Positions 57,745-64,000 of a DNA stretch of 64,000 bases are shown in pieces. The stretch comes from Chrysemys picta bellii. Lineage: Eukaryota. A model generated the notes under the pieces. The model ran no database searches, was not told where the DNA came from, and saw only the letters and a list, made by a program, of their open reading frames with translations. How positions within the stretch are numbered: position 1 is the stretch's first letter; each line of letters starts with the position of its first letter. The translations under genes were made by a program, and so were the position numbers. The stretch is taken from assembly GCF_011386835.1 (NCBI RefSeq), contig NC_088799.1, positions 91,760,001 through 91,824,000 of the forward strand, written 5' to 3'.

Positions 57745-58662
57745 GTGAGCGCGGGGCCGGGCTGCCCGGGCGGGGGCCCCCAGCGGCGCGGGGCCGGGGC
57801 TCGGCCGGGCCCCGGACGGGCGGGGGCTCGGCTGGCGGCGCGCCGGGGCTGCGGGGAACTGCCCGCCCGGGGAGCGATGCTGGGGCGTTGCCGATGCCGA
57901 ATGAATGGCTGCCCCGAGCGGCTCCGTCCATCCCCGGAGCCCGGGCTGCGAGCGGGACTCGTGCCGCTCCCGTGCCCGCGGGCTGGGGCGGGGGAACGAG
58001 CTGCTCCCCAGGTCCCCGCTGAGCCCCCTAGGGGAGATGGGCGGGACTGGAAATTGTGCGGCTCCCTGGCCCCGCGGGCTCGCACGTCCCCATTGCTCCG
58101 GAGGCAAAGTTTGGAGGCGAGCTCTGCCACCGGGTAGCTCTATAGCTCTTCCCCCTCCTCTCCCGGGGATCTCGGCTTTCACACTCCCCAGGGGATCCCG
58201 GCTTTCACCCTCTTCTCCCCCCCTCGGGGATCCCGGCTTTCACCCTCTTCTCTCTCCCCTCCCCCGATCCCAGCCTTCACCCCCGCTCCCTACTTCGCGA
58301 TCCCAGCTCCCCATCGCGGAGAGGGGCCAAGTGTGGCCCGTGTTTAAAGGGGAGAGTTTCTGTGGCTTCAGGGCTCTGCTGCGTTTGCAGCTCATCTGCT
58401 CAATGTCACATGTAGCGCTCTGTGCCACCGTGAAAGCCCAAGGGACTAATGAACCAGACAGGAAGGATGGGTCCATGGTTAGGTTGCTACCTTGGTGCTT
58501 GGGAGGCTGGGTTCAATTCTAGGCATGGCCACAGGCTTCCCTGTGACAAGTCACTGTGCTTCACTTCCCCCTCTGCAAACATGATAATAGCACATCCCTG
58601 CTTTACAAGGGTGCTGTGATGTTGCATACAGTGCTGGGGTGCTCTAAGTGCATGCTCTAGCT

Positions 58663-58883
58663 CAGTGGTTCTCAAACTTTTGTACTGGTGACCCCTTTCA
58701 CATAGCAAGCCTCAGAGTGTGATCCCCCCTTATAAATTAAAAACACTTTTTAATATACTTAACACCATTATAAATGCTGGCGGCAAAGCGGGGTTTGGGG
58801 TGGAGGCTGACAGCTCGCGACCCCCCCATGTAATACCCTCGTGACCCCCTGAGGGGTTCCGACCCCCAGTTTGAGAACCCCTG
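58663..58883. mobile_element. hAT (MER5/Charlie-like) MITE in SEPTIN6 intron 1
   Basis: TIRs CAGTGGTTCTCAAAC / GTTTGAGAACCCCTG; perfect TSD CTCTAGCT. Confidence 0.88.
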
Positions 58884-58999
58884 CTCTAGCTAGGTGAGGG
58901 GGAAGGGTTCCTAGTTAATCCACCCTCTGCTGAGGATGAGAGGGAGTTGTATGCATGGTTCTAGTGGTGGTGCAACTAATACATCTTATCACTTCAGGG

Positions 59000-59335
59000 C
59001 AGGGGTCGGCAACGTTTGGCATGCGGCTCGCCAGGGTAAGCACCCTGGCGGGTCGGGCCAGTTTTATTTATCTGCTGACGCGGCAGGTTCGGCCGATCGC
59101 GGCCCCCACTGGCCGCGGTTCGCCGTCCTGGGCCAATGGGGGCGTCGAGAAGCGGCGCAGGCGAGCGATGTGCTGGCCGCGGCTTCTCGCCACCCCCATT
59201 GGCCCAGGATGGTGAACCGCGGTGAGTGGGGGCCGTGATCGGCCGAACCTGCCGCGTCAGCAGGTAAATAAAACTGGCCCGGCCCGCCAGGATGCTTACC
59301 CTGGCGAGCCGCGTGCCGAACGTTGCCGACCCCTG
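59000..59335. mobile_element. Fully palindromic CpG-rich hAT MITE
   Basis: TIRs CAGGGGTCGGCAACG / CGTTGCCGACCCCTG; arms complementary along nearly the whole length; perfect TSD CTTCAGGG. Confidence 0.9.
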
Positions 59336-59340
59336 CTTCA

Positions 59341-59622
59341 GGGTATGTCTACACAGCATTTTTGAGCCCACAGGAGCAAGCCCTGCAGCCCGGGTGGACC
59401 AACTTGGGGTAACAAGACTCATGCTAATACTCTAGAAATAGCTGTGATGATGTGGTTTGGGCTCTGGAGCCTAGGGAGGGAGATGGCTGTTAGAGCCCAA
59501 GCTGTATCTTTAAAATGCTATATCTCTACAGCTGTTCTAGCACAAGCCCCACTAGCCCAAGTCTGTCAACCCAGGTGGGGTGGCTTGTTCCCACAGGCTG
59601 CAAAACACTGTGTAGATATCTC
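59341..59622. mobile_element. Harbinger-type MITE
   Basis: Ends GGGTATGTCTACAC / GTGTAGATATCTC followed by TTA. Confidence 0.55.
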
Positions 59623-59934
59623 TTAGAGGTTAGACCTGAAGGGCCTACGAGGTCATCTTGCCATAGCTGGGCACTGGAATAGAAGGCTAGTGTGGTATTA
59701 CCAACAAGGAATATCCTTGGTTGATCCTGTAGTTATTTTAAAAATAATGTGGCTTTATGACTAAAACGAATTAGCGAATTTTCTGTTGATTTCTAATATT
59801 AATGGGAAAGTCTTGTGCAGCTTCCATTGCTGTGAATCCTTGTTTACTTGGCATTGTTTCCCATCCATAAAGAGCCATACTTGACCATTTTTGTTCTTTG
59901 CTTATTAACAGCTCACTTTGCTAATAGACTTTTG

Positions 59935-61620
59935 AATCTTTCCTGCATTGCAGACATCACTTAGAACGCAAACAAGGCTCTTCCACGCCCGTCTATCTTG
60001 GGCCGCTCTTTGCGTGTCCCTGTGCTATTAAGCGCCATACGTTTTCTCTTTCTGAGTAGTATTTGATTTAGCTCCTTTTGCATTTTCCTCCAGCTGCTCA
60101 TGGCACACCTGCTCTGGCTTCATTCTTCGCACATGTCCCAAATATTTCCATCTCCTTTTCTGGATAACTCTAGCTATAAGGGGTTGTGGAACATGGATGA
60201 ATCTCTGCATTTGTTATAAATTGATTTAATTTAATACCTAGTATTTTTCTATGGCATTTACTTTTGAAGGCATTTAGACATTTGTCTGTACTTTTGGCAG
60301 ATTTCCAGCTTTCATATCCATATGTTAAGACGGGAATAACATTTGAGTTGAATATTTAGTTTGGTTTCTAAGCTGGCCACATCTTGGTTAAACTGGTGTT
60401 TGCAGCCTTGCCTTGCCAGTTGGTGACATTATTTCCTTCTGGACATCCCCCTTGGCATATTGTCATGGTATGAAAATTGGCACACTTCTTGTATTTCTTT
60501 GCCTTCTAAAATAAAATTCAGCATTGCATTCTCGTAAAGGGCTGTTGCACAGGACTGTTAAACACTCATGTGATGTGGCATGGCTACTGTTGCAAGGCAA
60601 TGTAGACAGCTAGCTATTCACATTGTGTGATTTAAAAAAAAAAAACTTTTTTTTAGACAGACAAAAAATGAATGTCACGAACTGAAAATGTCTTTATCCT
60701 GATAGAAGACTCATGCTGTCGTGGGCCCAGACTTGAGGCAGTGGTTTGTTGTGCAGTCAGTCGTAGCATGGTGGAGAAGAAGAGCACTGTTATCTTTTGA
60801 GAGCATTGTATAAGAAGGGTGGGAGTTGGATGGCACCAGAGATTTGTTGTGGGGATACATAACCTTTCGTCCCTATGTTGTCACTTTGATACCAGCCCAG
60901 GTCAGTAGTAATGGAAAATTATTACCATTTAATGGCTGTTGAGTAGTCTCTAGGAAATAAGTGTGGTATCGATCCAGTTTCCAGGGAACATGTATCCACA
61001 GCACAAAAATGATTGCTGTTATTGTCAGCCTCTGCGGTGATGCAAAGAATGAACTCCCCCCTTATCTCTAGAAGGCAGTTCTTTCTGCTCATGGTTGAGG
61101 CACCTTAGCAGCGCAGTGTAGATGGAGCTTCGGCTACTTTCTCCGTAGATGAATAGGTCCAAGTCTCAGTTGTTGTGAATCTGACACCTTTCACGAGCAA
61201 TAAAATCCTGATCCTGCAAGCTGATCAAATAGGTCCCACGTAGGCATTAGGCTTCTGCCCATGATGAAGTCATTGGGTCTCTGCTTGGATGAAGGGGTTC
61301 ATGTTGCAGAGAGGCGGTCAGCTTGCGGGTCTAGATTTGCATAGGAAGCTGTCATATGTAATTTATATAGTATAAAATTGAAAGGAATGGGCGGAGGGGT
61401 GCTGACTGTTTTTTCATATCCTATTTTTTTGGTGGAGGGAATTTTTCCTGGGAAAATATCCAAATAGTCTGACATCTCGGCAACCTTTGGCAAGGGCATC
61501 AAGAAGTGTTATTAATGCAGCTGTCAGAGTCTGGAATTGCAGAAGCACTTGACTGTTCTTGGATGTTGAATGGATGATCGGTGCAATCGAGTTAGAGGAG
61601 ACTGCCATCGTTTCTTCTTG
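59935..61620 (-). mobile_element. Degenerate RTE-clade LINE fragment
   Basis: Minus-strand remnants QKRRWKYLGHVRRM and AQDRRAWKSLV resemble the RTE ORF C-terminus; other RT motifs are badly decayed. Confidence 0.5.
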
Positions 61621-64000
61621 GTGAATTCAAAACCACTTTTTTTTAAATTAGCCTACTGATTTATTCAGTAATAACTGGGAAAGGAAAAGAAACATGAAGC
61701 CCTTTTCCTTCACAAATGTAATGCAGGCATCTGAAGTATAGCTATTTACACTGCCCATCAGGGATTTCTGTCATTGCATAAAAGAACCACATACTTGTAC
61801 AAGTCAGAAGTAGTCAGTGAAAGTGCTATTTTAGGCTGTCTTCTGATCAGAGCCAACTGGGGTCTAAATTAAGTGGGTATCATAATACAGAATCTTGCTC
61901 CCAGAAAGTGAAGTTGCTCCAAAATTCTTCTTGCTTAAAGATGAAGTGAAAATCTTTTTATCTGTTAAAAAGTTAGACATGGTTATCAAAGGACAAACTT
62001 CTTAGAAGAAACCGATAGTGGCCTTACCCAAATAAGCTCTTTTTTTGTACAAGTTTCTGGACAACTTCTTTGTTGAGAAAATTAGAAAATGTGTGACCCA
62101 GATTTTACATCCCAGAGTCTACCTTAAAATTCTTATTGAGGGCAGTCCATGGCAGAAGCTCTCGAGCGCATCCAAGCAAATGCAGTACAAAATACTGCAC
62201 CGACTGAAATATTTTCCTTCAGTTTTGAGCAAAATTAATTCAGGTCTGCATTGAAGCACTCAGTATGATTTGTCACCCTCACTCATACCTTGTTTATGAC
62301 CTAGACATTACATGTCGCAATAACCTGAGGACTGAGCCTTCATTTTGTACATTGAGGCTCTGGTCCTGAAAACGTGTATTTGCATAAATAGGCTGTGGGC
62401 AGGCAGAACATTTTTTGTCCATGAGTCTCCTCTCCACACAGATTTTCTCATTTCTGATGATTTTCTGGTATGCCCCAAGCAGCCTGAGTCTAAACCATTA
62501 CTTTCCAATACATTTCACTGCTTCTTATCTCTCAACTACTGGACTAAAGTGCCAAGGAAAATTAGTGGAGCTTTCTTAGGTGAGCTCCACTATATTTCAT
62601 AGTGATGGGTTTCATTTTATGACTGTTCTAATTTCCATATTTCAGGGCTGTTTATTGTTACAACTCTCCTTCCTTAACAGTGTATAGCAGCTTGATATGC
62701 CAAGTTATTTTACATAGTCTTTGTGTTTTAATGGGGGAGGTTAATGTACTATGATTAAAAAATCAGTTATTTACACAGTATTTGCTGCTTTGTCTGTAAC
62801 GGATGTGCAGTGTGGTTTAACAGCATTTTAAAACCACAGGTGACTAGAGAAGAGTGAACAGGAAGTGAATTGTAGATAGAGTTCTACTTGGTGAAATGTG
62901 CCTTGCCTCTTGTTCCATCCGTATCACATTTATATTTAGGGATGAAGAGAAAAAATATGTTCTGAATGAGAGCCTATGCTTCCACCCACATTCCCGGTAG
63001 CAAATCGGGTTGGATTCTTAGAGTTTCAGTGTTTTAGGTAATGTTCCAGCGCTGCAGATTTAAGATTTGGTATTGAAAATGCACTTGATATTTCTTCCTG
63101 TCTCTAGTTAGAATCCTGTTTATGATTCCTTCTCTGTTGCTTTTGTTAGTGCTCATCAGTGGAGTGTTTCCACTAGGTTACTGAGGTAGTGACGCACACT
63201 TAGTGGAGACAAAACAGTGCCTGAGATTATTCTGTTGGTTTTTATTTGTGTGCATGTGTGTGTGTTACACACAGCCTTTGCAAGCATAAGTTATTACAAT
63301 CTGATTCACCTCTTCTTCTCCTGTGTACAATATTCTCTAATTGTTACTCCTTTTTGAATTACTAGAATGCAGAGCTGCATACTCAGAAAGCCTTTGAGAT
63401 AAAGGTGACTAGAATGGATTCCTCTTATAAACATGTGATTTGGAGGCAAGGTGCTTTGGAATTCATCAAGCGCCATATTTGGTGAACATGTTGGCAGGAG
63501 GAAGCAGCCTCGCACACAAAATATGGCTGGGGGAACATATTTACACATAACAAGGCTGTAAATATGGCTAATGGCTGGAATGTATTGTGGAGCCTCAGAT
63601 TAAAAAAAAAAGCATCTATGTCTTAGTTTATTCCAAATGCATTTCTTGATAGCATTTTCCCTGTTCTAAAATATAGTTTAGTTCAATGAAAGAAAAACAC
63701 ATTTTATGGCCTTTTAAAAAAGGATTTTAGATATGTAAAGATATAAATCTGAGACTAAAAAAAAGTGACATTGATGCATTCTCTCACACTGGTTTTGGCC
63801 ACCTGATTACTGTAATACTTCTGACAAACTAATGATGCGTTTAAAAAGCCGAATGTGAATTTTCTGCACTGGAGAGTGAAATGCCTTATTTAGGGAGATG
63901 CCTTGAATGAGAGAAATGTCATTGTGGGGGGAAAACTGTTCTTGCTATCACATTTGCATGCAAATATATGAAATTAACACTGAAATACAATTTTGGATGA

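Larger units (their letters stand above)
56950..58330. promoter_or_regulatory. SEPTIN6 CpG island / promoter
   Basis: Very high GC and CpG density around the SEPTIN6 ATG, with multiple GC boxes; interrupted by an AT-richer insertion at 57232-57402. Confidence 0.8.

Noticed and set aside
57310-58522. Many 130-290 aa ORFs on both strands near SEPTIN6
   Set aside because: CpG-island artefacts; only the 10-codon MAATEIARQV exon is recognisable.

Overview
Vertebrate genomic DNA, almost certainly turtle, judged from CR1 LINEs, tRNA-head/CR1-tail SINEs, Penelope-type termini and GC-rich hAT MITEs. It is syntenic with the human Xq24 cluster in reverse orientation. I reconstructed by hand, in order: an unnamed 5-exon gene for a 199-aa signal-peptide + single Reeler domain + GPI-type-tail protein (+); NDUFA1 (-, 3 exons); UPF3B (+, 10 coding exons, one GC-AG intron), head-to-head with NDUFA1 across 511 bp with no RNF113A between them; RPL39 (+, 3 exons) hosting SNORA69; SOWAHD (-); and the first coding exon of SEPTIN6 (+). 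Main highlights: (1) the Reeler-only gene, which the ORF track shows only in fragments; (2) two fold-back Penelope-like insertions. One carries a complete minimal hammerhead ribozyme. The other breaks twice exactly at the position homologous to that ribozyme's predicted cleavage site. No database searches or folding programs were run; family names rest on recalled consensus motifs.
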